Assembly: GCA_951406725.2 (NCBI GenBank)
Contig: OX597831.1
Location: 41,230,001 to 41,294,000, forward strand
Source of the DNA: Octopus vulgaris
Taxonomy: Eukaryota
Direction: 5' to 3'
DNA: 64,000 nucleotides
Shown here in pieces: positions 43,612 to 57,990 of this stretch. A model generated the notes under the pieces. That model did not search any database. It saw only the letters and a list, made by a program, of their open reading frames with translations, and had not been told where the DNA came from. Position 1 is the first letter of the stretch. Every line of letters starts with the position of its first letter. The position numbers and the translations under genes are program-made.

Positions 43612-45379
43612 TAATAATAAGAGTAAATAATTTCTATAAAGGCTTTTAAAAAAACCCCAATTATTTACTGGTAGAATTCGGTATGTAAATATAGCCGATT
43701 ACCAGCAGGAACTTCTGTAAAGTTCAGTATATATATTGTATATAAGAAAAAGGGACAGGCAAACAGGTTGCTTGACCGCATACCGAAAAAATAGAAATAG
43801 CAGTCAATAATGCTTATTTCTATCAAAGTTGGACTCCGGGCATGACAAACCCTGTAATTCACATATGCAAAACGGAAGGAATAGATAACGAAAACGAAGT
43901 CTGGCGGTTATCTGTGAACATCATGTTTCTGGATTATAAACATATTGAATATATATTCCATATATATTTTTGATATATATTTCATATACATTGCATATAT
44001 ATTTCACATCCTTCTTCAGCACAGCTTTCCATTGAAAAAGATTTATCATAGATTTATCAAATGCTACGTACCTCAAACCTTCTGACCATGCGACATCAAA
44101 ATATTTGAAGAAAGTGAGCAAAAGCTAAACCTACATAGACGTTTGAATTCATAAATCTTCCCTCCAAAACTTTGCCATGCGCATTACAAAAATAGTTCCA
44201 TAAGATGGGGAACTATTAGGTTGTCATAAGGGAGTGAAAAATCCAAATAGTAATATAATAATAAGAGTAAATAATTTCTATAAGGGCTTTTAAAAAAACC
44301 CCAATTATTTACTGGTAGAATTCGGTATGTAAATATAGCCGATTACCGGCAGGAACTTCTGTAAAGTTCAGTATATATATTGTATATAAGAAAAAGGGAC
44401 AGGCAAACAGGTTGCTTGACCGCATACCGAAAAATAGAAATAGCAGTCAAGAATGCTTATTTCTATCAAAGTTGGACTCCGGGCATGACAAACCCTGTAA
44501 TTCACATATGCAAAACGGAAGGAATAGATAACGAAAACGAAGTCTGGCGGTTATCTGTGAACATCATGTTTCTGGATTATAAACATATTGAATATATATT
44601 CCATATATATTTTTGATATATATTTCATATACATTGCATATATATTTCACATCCTTCTTCAGCACATCTTTCCATTGAAAAAGATTTATCATAGATTTAT
44701 CAAATGCTACGTACCTCAAACCTTCTGACCATGCGACATCAAAATATTTGAAGAAAGTGAGCAAAATATATATACTGAACTTTACAGAAGTTCCTGCCGG
44801 TAATCGGCTATATTTACATACCGAATTCTACCAGTAAATAATTGGGGTTTTTTTAAAAGCCCTTATAGAAATTATTTACTCTTATTATTATATTACTATT
44901 TGGATTTTTCACTCCCTTATGACAACCTAATAGTTCCCCATCTTATGGAACTATTTTTGTAATGCGCATGGCAAAGTTTTGGAGGGAAGATTTATGAATT
45001 CAAACGTCTATGTAGGTTTAGCTTTTGCTCACTTTCTTCAAATATTTTGATGTCGCATGGTCAGAAGGTTTGAGGTACGTAGCATTTGATAAATTATGAT
45101 AAATCTTTTTCAATGGAAAGCTGTGCTGAAGAAGGATGTGAAATATATATGCAATGTATATGAAATATATATCAAAAATATATATGGAATATATATTCAA
45201 TATGTTTATAATCCAGAAACATGATGTTCACAGATAACCGCCAGACTTCGTTTTCGTTATCTATTCCTTCCGTTTTGCATATGTGAATTACAGGGTTTGT
45301 CATGCCCGGAGTCCAACTTTGATAGAAATAAGCATTCTTGACTGCTATTTCTATTTTTTCGGTATGCGGTCAAGCAACC

Positions 45380-45381
<2 letters not shown>
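43612..45381. mobile_element. Non-coding ~643-bp HHR-containing unit: 1.8 tandem copies (minus) plus one permuted inverted copy (plus); retrozyme-like
   Basis: Unit 43612-44254, partial repeat 44255-44765, and an inverted copy 44766-45381 that spans the unit junction. Flanked by (TA)n. Confidence 0.8.
45121..45233 (+). ncRNA. Type I hammerhead motif (further copies at 43912-44024 and 44555-44667, minus strand)
   Basis: ctgtg-CTGAAGA-aggat[AT-rich extension]atcca-GAAA-ca(tga)tg-TT-cacag. Stem I is a perfect 5 bp and the core is canonical. Confidence 0.72.
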
Positions 45382-48170
<2,789 letters not shown>

Positions 48171-48174
48171 ATAC

Positions 48175-48212
<38 letters not shown>

Positions 48213-48321
48213 TAATAAATAAAATATATGCATACATACAAACATATATGTACGTACCGATATCTACATGTATATATACATGCATATATAAATATATATA
48301 TATACGTACAGGACACCACAA

Positions 48322-48372
<51 letters not shown>

Positions 48373-48714
48373 GTATTACATACGAGGGGAAGAATGATAT
48401 AAGAGAGAATGAGAACAAGAGAGACATAGAAAATAAAATCGCTTGCATGGAAAAGCAAAAACGTACAATTCCTATCTTCTGTTTTTTCACCAATCAACAT
48501 TGAATTCCCAAACCAACAATCAGGAAGACAAAAAAAAAATAAGAATTTCAATTGAAATGTAGATGACATCGACCTTGTCTCTCCCTGTTTTGTCTCCAAA
48601 TGAATGCTCGAATGTCTCCCATAATGCATAATATAGTCGGCGGTCACGTGTGACAAAGGAACAGACAATAAAGACGACATTATATATCCTATCGCCATAT
48701 TACTTCCGTTGATA

Positions 48715-48866
48715 TTGCTGTAGTTGTTGTTGTCGCTTCTGCTGCTTTTGTGGTTGTTGCTGCTGTTGTTGTTCTTCTTCTTTTTCTTTTTATTTTCTTC
48801 TTCTTCTTCTTCTTCTTCTTCTTCTTCTTCTTCTTCTTCTTCTTCTTCTCCTTCTTCTTCTTCTTC
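48715..48866. repeat. (CTT)n/(GTT)n trinucleotide tract
   Basis: Directly visible. Confidence 0.9.
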
Positions 48867-49421
48867 GATATGTCGCCGGAGATGTACAATTTTATTGCAT
48901 TCCAATGCGAAGTCTCAAGGTGGATATTAGACCGCGCAGAAATGCTCTCTTGGAAAAGATAGATTCATATATAATTTTATTCTCCATCCATTTTTTTTTG
49001 TCTTTTTATTGTATTTATTATTTATTTATTTATTTATTTATTCATTTCAAGAACTCGACTTGTCGCTTCTTCTGATCCTTACATTCCTGTTGCAAGTCGT
49101 AACGAGAATTAGATAAACAAATAAGCATCATAAAAGAGAAATAAATGTTTTCTTCGTTTTTGCTCTTCTTTTCTTCTTCTTCTCCCCTCCCCTCCTACTT
49201 CTTCTCCATCTTCTTTTTTCTTTCTTCTCTTTCACTCTCTCTACTCTTCTTCCTCCCTCTACTTCTCCTCCTCGTTCTTCTTCTTCTCTGTCCTTTCGTT
49301 CAAATTTCATAGTTGATGTTCACATAATCGAATTCTTTCTCTTGTCACTAAAAAGCAAAGCATCAATAATTGTTCTTGTTGTTGTTACTGTTGTGTGTGT
49401 GTGAGACAGAGAGAGAGAGAG

Positions 49422-49467
<46 letters not shown>

Positions 49468-49514
49468 ATTGTCTCTGTGTGCGCGCGTTTTCATGTGAAG
49501 TTGTCCGTTTTAGT

Positions 49515-49945
49515 GAAGCGATTGAATCCATCGATCAGTCGATCTGTCACTCAATTAATCAATCAGGCATTGAATCAATCGGTGAGTCAATTAATCAACC
49601 ATTCAATCAGTCAATTGTTCGTGTAGCAAGCTCATCAATGAGTCACTTAATCTATCGATCCATGAATCAATGCACCGATCATTCTATCACTTAAACAATC
49701 AACAATTTAATTAACCAGTCAGTCAGTAGATCAGTTTATCAATCAATCAATCAGTCAATCTGCCAATCAAATAAACAATCAGTCAATTAATCAACCAACC
49801 AGTCAGCTTTTTCAATTATTCAGTAAACGTTAATCAATCAGTCAATCTATGAATTAATCAGTCAGTTAATTAATCAATTCATTTATCAATCAATCAATCA
49901 ATCAGTCAATTAATCAGTCAATCAATTAACCGATCAATTAATCAC
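49515..49945. repeat. Degenerate (ATCA/GTCA)n low-complexity tract
   Basis: Directly visible. Confidence 0.8.
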
Positions 49946-50139
49946 TTTACCATTTAATACAGCAACAGCAGATGTAAGGTGAAATGCGGGAGAATTAGAT
50001 TGCCTGCATTATGACTCAAAGTAAGCTACAAAATAAAATTACTGTTCTCAACTAATGATCGTGATGAGCACGTGAAACTTGCACATATTTCAATAGATCT
50101 TAAGATTTTTAACATTATTCTTGTGATATTGGTTTCAAA

Positions 50140-50648
50140 TAAGGCGGCGAGCTGGCAGAACCGTATTTCGTCTGCCGTTAACGTTCTGAGTTCAAATATT
50201 GCCGAGGTCGACTTTGCCTTTCATACTTTCGGGGTCGATAAATTAAGTACCATTTACGCACTGGGGTCGCTGTAATCGACTTAATTCGTTTGTCTGTCCT
50301 TGTTTGTCCCCTCTATGTTTAGCCCCTTGTGGGTAATAAAGAAACAGGTATTTCGTCTACCGCTACGTTCTGAGTCCAAATTCCGCCGAGGTCGACTTTG
50401 CCTTTCATCCTTTAGGGATCGGTAAATTAAGTACCAGTTACGCACTGGAGTCGATATAATCGACTTAATCCGTTTGTCTGTCCTTGTTTGTCCTCTCTGT
50501 GTTTAGCTCCTTGTGGGTTGTAAAGAAATAGGTATTTCGTATGTCTTTACGTTCTGAATTCAAATTCCGCCGTACTGGGGTCGATCTAATCGACTGGCCC
50601 CCTCCCGCAAAAAAATTTTCCGGCCTTGTGTCTAGAGTAGAAAAGAGA
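50140..50648 (+). mobile_element. Tandem multimer of SINE family A
   Basis: One head (aaggcggcgagctggcagaa) and three successive gttctga.ttcaaat B-box/core units. Confidence 0.8.
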
Positions 50649-50669
50649 AGAATATTGGTTTCAAATTTT

Positions 50670-50922
50670 AGCCATCCCAGGCAGGTCAATCCAGGACAAT
50701 TTTCATCTCTTACGCTACACCTTAGACAGGGTTGGTAAATTATCCGGTAAAGGTGGGGCACTGATCCATTTAGACCAAAGTAAAGCTTTTGATAGGGTAG
50801 ACCACCAGTATCTGGTGGCAGTCCTTGAGGCGGTTGGGCTAGGCTCAGACTTCCGCAGCTGGATCACTGCCATTTAGGATGGTATCAAATCCACAGTCCA
50901 GATGAACGGTTACCTGTCGATG
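50670..50922 (+). mobile_element. Tx1/L1-clade RT fragment
   Basis: PGRSIQDNFHLLRYTLDRVGKLSGKGGALIHLDQSKAFDRVDHQYLVAVLEAVG...VQMNGYLS, homologous to ORF 13386-13685. Confidence 0.85.
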
Positions 50923-50932
50923 CTATAAAACA

Positions 50933-51355
50933 CTAGCACTATGACCCGGCGTTGCCGGGTTTAGTGCTAGTTCTAGTGCTTGTTGTTCGTTGCCGGGTCG
51001 CAGTAAAAATTTCTCACTAAATCAAGAGCTAAGTTTCTTATCACATTTCAGCCTGGTCCAGTTTTGTTGTTTATGAGCTAGTTGGAGCTTTTTATCAGAG
51101 TAATTAATATTCATTCGACTTTGGCAATGCCCACATACCCATAACTTATGGGCATAAGGAGTCGGTTCATCGATTTTTTTAATGGTTTTCTGGGGTAACT
51201 GGGGAAATGAAAAAATCATCACGACCACCCTCAGACAGTTTTGAAATCCCATAGAAAATGCGAGCCTTTTACGTGAAAAACTGTGGATTTGTATAAAGGA
51301 CACACAGACACACAGACACAGGTACACAGACATTTTGCTGTTTATAGATATAGAT
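50933..51355 (-). mobile_element. Non-autonomous Helitron
   Basis: Minus strand starts a|TCtatatctataaacagcaaaatgtctgtg and ends with the hairpin cccggcaacgccggg followed by CTAG|t. Confidence 0.75.
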
Positions 51356-51639
51356 ATTAGGGAAAGAAACCGAGCTGATTCTTGCAATACACACATTTAA
51401 ATCAAAACTTGATATCGACCCTTAAAATTCTACTATCGATCCCCAATTTAGTATTTTGCTAACATGGAAATCTTATATGGATCCCCAGGGGACATACAGA
51501 GCCGGGTTGAGAAGTACTGGTGTATACCTTTTCCATAGCTATTAGCACAAACGTTTTAAGCAATGCCTGTCCACCACGAAAATTTCCAAATAAACAACAG
51601 ATTGAGTAAATGTCAATGACCACACCAATATCCAATTAA

Positions 51640-52745
51640 TACTGGTTTCAAATTTTGGCACAAGGCCAGCAATTTTTGGGAATGAGGTATGTCGATTACA
51701 TCGATCCCAGAGTTCATCTCATACTTAAATTTATTGACCCCGAAAAGATGCAAGGCAAAGTCGACCTCGGCGATATTTGGACTCAGGACGTAAAGACGGA
51801 CGAAATGCCGCCAAACATTTATATTAATCCTTCGGCCAGCTCGCCAGCTTTACATTCAATTAATATTATTTCAAATTTTGGCCACAAGGATAGATTGGGA
51901 GAGGTGAGGATGAGTCGATTACATCGACCCCAGTGTTCAACTGGTGCTTATTTTATCGACCCCAAATGGATGAAAAGCAAAGTCGACATCGGCAGAATTT
52001 GAACTCAGAACGTGGCGACGGGCGAAATACCGCTTAGCTTTATGTCCAGCGTGCTAACGATTCGTATTTCTTTATTGCCCACAAGGAGCTAAACATAGAG
52101 GGGACAAACAAGGGCAGACAAACAGATTACATCGACCCCAGTGTACAACTGGTACTTAATTTATCGACCCCGAAAAGATGAAAAGCAAAGTCGACCTCGG
52201 CAGAATTTGAACTCAGAACGTAACGGCAGACGAAATACTGCTAAGCATTTCGCCCGGCATCCTAACGATTCTTCTTTCTTTACTGCCCACACGAAGCTAC
52301 ACACAGAGGGGACAAACAAGGACTGACAAAAGGATTAAGTCGATTATATCGACCCCATTGCGTAACTGGTACTTATTTAATCGACCCTGAAAGGATGAAA
52401 GGCAAAGTCGCCCTCGGCGGAATTTGAACTCAGAACGTAACGGCAGACGAAATACCGCTAAGCATTTCGCCCAGCGTGCTAACGTTTCTGCCAGCTCGCC
52501 GCCTTCACATCCAAGTAATATTAATTAATCTTAACGTGGCGAGCTGGCAGAATGGTTAGCACGCCGGGCAAGAAATTTGGCAGCGTATCATCCGTCTGCA
52601 CGTTTTGAGTTCAAATTCTTCCGAAGTAGACTTTGCCTTTCGTCCTTTCGGGGACCCAAAGAACAAGTACCAGTTAAACACCAGGGTTAATGTAAACGAC
52701 GTATCTCCTCCCCACGAAATTACCGGCCTTGTGCTAAAATCTGAA
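51640..52745. mobile_element. Cluster of SINE family A copies (four minus, one plus at 52535-52745)
   Basis: Repeated aaagtcgacctcggc.gaatttgaactcagaacgt units. Confidence 0.8.
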
Positions 52746-52759
52746 CTCAATAATTTAAT

Positions 52760-52958
52760 CTTTTACTTGATTCAGACATTTGACTGTGGCCATGCTGGAG
52801 CACCGCCTTTAGTCGAGCAATTCGACACCAGGACTTATTCTTTGGAAGCCTAGTACTTATCCTATCGGTCTCTTTTGGCGAACCGCTAAGTTACGGGGAT
52901 GTAAACACACCAGCATCGGTTGTCAAGCGATGTTGGGGAGACAAACACAGACACACAA

Positions 52959-53047
<89 letters not shown>

Positions 53048-53212
53048 CATATATACGACGGGCTTCTTTCATTTTCCATCTACCAGATCCACTCACAAGG
53101 CTTTGGTCGGCCCGAGGCTATAGTAGAAGACACTTGCCCGAGGTGCCACGCAGTGGGACTGAACCTGGAACCATGTAGTTAGTAAGCAAGCTACTTACCA
53201 CACAGCAACTTC
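52760..53212 (-). mobile_element. SINE family B
   Basis: Reverse complement of 5319-5727. Confidence 0.88.
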
Positions 53213-54436
53213 TAAAGTTTATTTATCTAATGGAGAGTTATTTGTTCTGTTAAGGTTAAAATTTATAGAATTTAAAGCAAACATATTTAAATTCTATCTA
53301 GATTTAAAAATTAATCGATCAGACAGCCAAGCGGGGGATTGTCTGTAACAGCATGGTTAGAGAGAGATTTCAAAAGTCAATAAATTGATTCATCTATATA
53401 TGCACACACATATGTGTACACACACGCAATATATATATGTGTGTGTGCGTGTGTGTACATGTATACTCACATACATGTATATAGATATACAGATATTTAT
53501 ACATATATATACATACATATATCTATCTATACATATATATACGGCAGTCTGTTTGTTTGTGTCAAGATGCTGTCTATGCCCGTTGATGAATCTTCATGAA
53601 ACTTTGCATACATGTTAAAGTAACATACAGTTTGTTACTAGGCTCATTGCAGTTTAATAAAAATTTATAATTGGACGGCCACGGTTGGAGTTGACAATGT
53701 AATCTGACAGCACTAAGTCTACGACAAATAAGTGTTTGTCCGTCCATGTAGTGACTCGTGTTGTATACCTCTCTGTATCGCTGCTGCCCGGCGCCATCCG
53801 ATAATGCAAAGTTGTATTGGGTTTATCAGATGTAGACACAGAGAGTGAATCAAAACGTGCATTTCACAAGTGAGCATTTTTGGGGATTGGGCTGTTTAAA
53901 ACAATCGTTAAGTACGACCGTCATTAAAATTGGGAGAGTGATTGAATGTTGATTAGTTGTCATGACGTATGGGTAGTATCGACGTTGAATGTTTGTCCAC
54001 ACCATTTATGTTGCAGAGTGCCCGAAACTATCATAGCGAATGCGTTCTATGTATCTCTGCCCTTTTCATAAGCTTCTACCAGTTAATTGGCGTAACATTG
54101 CATGTCTCCTTTCTGCTTACACACTGAATGCATTAGAAGCGCATAAGAAAACACTGATCGGTTGAAGTTACGTCCTTAAAGATGCTCGATCGCTCCTTAA
54201 GCCATTGTTGGAGTAATTATCCCTCCTATTTTTTGTAAAAAAAAAACCTAAATGCTGCCCTAAGAGGAGTGTAACTTAATAGGTTTCTCTTTGTGAAATG
54301 GGCTGACTGTGTACTGTTAGTTTTAGAGTAAAAGCGGATATAAAGCCCATTACACACGTCTGAGAGGATGATATCTAAATCAGCTGCTTTGTGAAGCTGT
54401 ACGTTACCTTTTAACAGTCTAAACAGTTACGAAGTC

Positions 54437-57291
54437 TCATCCTAATACTTCTTGGTAGACAATATCTTTCGTTCTACCCCGGCGTGAGTAAACGAAGAGA
54501 CTTTCCTTGCTTCCCATCCGGGAACAACCGACGTATAGCTGACCGTATGAGAAGCATGATTCATCTAAATGCAGCCCTGCCACGAATAGTGTCTGTCCCA
54601 TGTGACTTATTGATTGACATTGCAAAACATAGTCTAAGCGGGAAGTGCAGACGACGAAATGCAAAAGGAATATCTGCACCAGATGGAATGAGGGGGATCC
54701 TGGGGATGAAAACGTCCTCTCCTTTACCACAGCCGGACAAAATGGTGGCTTCAAGAAGGTACTACATAGCTTTCTTAATAACAAAGCGTGTCCCATTGCA
54801 AAGCTTTGGAGAGTCTAAATTCCTCAGCAGCATGACAGGAGCTCCGACTTTAACTTCCAGTGTTTGAGGAGGCAGGCCAGGTTGGTCAAGGGAATTAAGA
54901 AACTCCACTGGATAGTTCACTGCCTGGTCGTTTCCGGGTACAGAATCGATTGACCCGTGCTTGTGCAGCCTTCCGGGAAGCGAATGCAGCAGTTTAGTGT
55001 TGAGAGAGGTTACTGTGCTGTTCTTTGGGGCCAAAATGCCTCTTTCGGAAATCCAATTCATGTCAAAGTAGTTCCTTTGTAGGTTTGGAAAGACATGTGC
55101 CTCTAGTTAATCGGAATTACTGACAGTGGTGTAGAGGTGAGTTAGTGACAGTTCTCCGTCTTCATCGAGCGGAACAGTACCGTTTCCGATTGACAATATG
55201 TCAGATGCAGAAGCTGATGCCATCTGGTCACCACGAAGCTGCGCTCTCCTGTTTGTTTTCAGAGACAATGTTGTAACATTTTTCCACAGTGGGGAGGACT
55301 TTGGGTAGGCCCTGACTACATCTGCCCTGGTTCCCTGGGGTATTACAGGAAGCGTTTGTCGGAAATCGCCAGACAGGAAGAGAGTTATACCACCCATCGT
55401 AGCGGGACAGTCTCTGACGTCTTGAAGAGTGGTGTTGAGAGCTTCGAGGGATCGCTTGTGGGTCATTGTGCATTCATCACAAACTATCAGCTGGCAACTC
55501 CAGAGAAGCAAGCCCTTTTCAGACGTTTTGGTGATGTTACAGGAAGGCACTTCGGACCTTACCAAATCAAATGGTAGCTTAAAGGTTGAGTGCGCTGTCG
55601 TGCCACTGAACAGTAAAGTTGCTGCAATGCCAGAGGAAGCCACAGCTACGGCTACGTCTTTAGCTAGGAGAAGCTGAATAACAAACGTTTTTCCGGTCCC
55701 TCCAGGCGTATCAAGAAAAAAAATACCCCCTTTTCGTTTCTGCATGTGTAAGCCCACTGTTGCTCAGGCAGAAGTTTGGGCTCATTTTACTGGATGTTTT
55801 GATTAAGGGCTTCAGTGTCATAGGATGTTTCACGTATTAACTCTGTTGGTATTGAAGGCGTCCCGTGGCGCAATGGTTGTGGCAGCCCGTATGTAGATAA
55901 GGTATTACCTCCCAGAGAAACAGTCTTGTTCTCTATATCAAGGTAAATGAAATCATTTTCAGCAGGCAAGCCGGTATGATGCAGTTGGAAGTTTTCTGAT
56001 AGGTCGTGTCTGTACTTTAACCACAATGAATGGGCATCGTGAAGTTGGCAAATGTGCAGGAGTACAGAAAACAGAGCTCTGAGACTTTTCGGTGACTGTG
56101 AAACAGCAGCCTCCGCAAGCGTAGCATCCCACTGCGCACCGTCTTCTAACAGCCTACGTAGTAAGCAGGCCTCCCTGAACGTACCACATGTATGGCGTAT
56201 GGCCGCTCACGGTCTTTAATTGGTCGAAGGACTTTGGACCCCTTACCTCGTGAAGCAGCAATCGGAGGTAGAAGCATTCTTGTTTGCCCGGGTGAACCGT
56301 ATACTTTCTGCCGAGGCAATTATCAAATTTAATCGCAGAGTGACCATCAACGATTCGGCCTGACTTCCTTCGCTGCCACTTACACTTATTCGATGTGTAG
56401 TATGACGGGACTTGAGGATAAAGCAGATCTTGTGCAAACAGGCCTACCTGGCAGAGTTTGAAAAAAGCCGTGAGTGTTGTATCTTTTGGTTGCTCAATCA
56501 CTGGAGTAGCAGTGGAAGCGGTGAAGTACACACGCTGGCCGTTTTCAAGGTGCACTGTAAGCTGCTGGATTGGCAGATGCCTTTGATGCAGTGGAAACCC
56601 GAAAATGCGCCAGAAGGCTTTGTTACTACTTATGTATCTGCCTACTTGGTATTGCGTTATTTCATCTCGGACTCCGTCTGGTTGCAGGCCGAACACAGCA
56701 GCATCAGGGCCTCTGTTGATGTACTTGCACACATATTTGATGGACTTTACAGAATTGCAGAGCTCGACATTTATGTGAGCATCGAATGCCTAAGACAGGA
56801 TTGGGCAGTAAGGCACTATCCATCTGTTGTCTACTTCATACGGACCAACATGCGCTGTGAATCCACCGTCCTCGGGTTTCCTTCGTCTGCACAGAGGGTA
56901 CCCATCGTGCCCGGATTGTGTTTCCTGGAGGAATTGTTTTGGGTATTTCTTGCTGCAAACTGACCCCTTCATGCAAGGCAATCGAAGGTTGAATCCTCGT
57001 CTGCAGGGACTTTGGATCAAGTTAGCCTTCTGTCTCAAAGAGAGTCCTATCGATAGAGGGGTCAGGGAACTCGGCTGAGATTAAATTATCAATTGCAGCG
57101 GATGCAATCTGTGTGGACAACCAAATTAGGATATAAACATGAGGAAAACCCTTTTTCTGCCATTCGACGGTATACATGTCGCATCGCACGGGGTCAAATA
57201 TTTGACCTTTGGTGATGAAGTTCATGAGTTTGTGTAACTTCAAATGGAAGACCCGCGCAATGAGATGATGTCTGTCTTTGGCCTGCTGACC
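54437..57291 (-). mobile_element. Decayed autonomous Helitron: Rep (HUH) and PIF1-like helicase, multiple frameshifts
   Basis: Rep motifs YTVEWQKKGFPHVYIL and CKYINRGPD; helicase motifs FFLDTPGGTGKT, IVCDEC, SGDFRQTLPV, MLLRNLDSPKLCNGTR and FSYGQLYVGCSR. Confidence 0.93.
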
Positions 57292-57379
57292 CTATTCCAA
57301 TCTCCCCCCACCTAGGATCACAGGTGAAAGTGATAAATATGCCAGGACGCCCGTACATATATTCCTTACATATATTCCT

Positions 57380-57990
57380 CCACTTCCAGCTCCTCTCTCC
57401 CTTCCTTTACCTCTCTTTACGCTTACTCTTTCCCTCTCTCTCTTGCATATCTTACTCGTTTTCTCATCTCTCTCCCTCCCTTTCATATCTTCCTCTTTTC
57501 TCATTTCTCTTTCCTTTTCATCTCACATCTACCTCTCCTCTCGTCACCTTACCCTCTCTCTCATATACTTCTCATTTGCCCATTCTTCTCACTCCGTCTC
57601 TCCCTCTCTCTCCCATCATTCATCCTTTCCTGTCTCTCCTTCACTCTGTCTCTCTTGCTCTTGTAAACCTCTCCCTCCCTCTGTCTCTCTTTCCCTTCCC
57701 TTCCTCTCCTTCACGCTGCCTCTCTTTCTCTTCCTCTCTTCTCCTTCACCGTCTCTCTTTCTATTCCCCTCCTCTCCCTCACGTTGTCTCTCTTTCTCTC
57801 CCCTTCCTCTACCTCTTTAACACGCCACACCCACTTGCTTTCCTCCTATCACCCTATTTCTTTCATTCTTTCATTGCACCTCTCTCTTTCCTTCATATCT
57901 CCCTCTCTTTTTCCCTATTTCCCCCCTCAGTGTTTCTCCGTCTCTACCTCTCTCTATCTCTCATTACCTCTCTAACCTCTACTCCCCCTC
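57380..57990. repeat. CT-rich polypyrimidine low-complexity tract
   Basis: Directly visible; it lies between the Helitron break and LINE ORF1. Confidence 0.85.

Noticed and set aside
43921-44764. Duplicated 66-aa ORF MLTFFKYFDVAW...
   Set aside because: It starts at a non-ATG codon, overlaps the HHR and its AT-rich stem, and is frameshifted in the third copy. The unit is better explained as non-coding.
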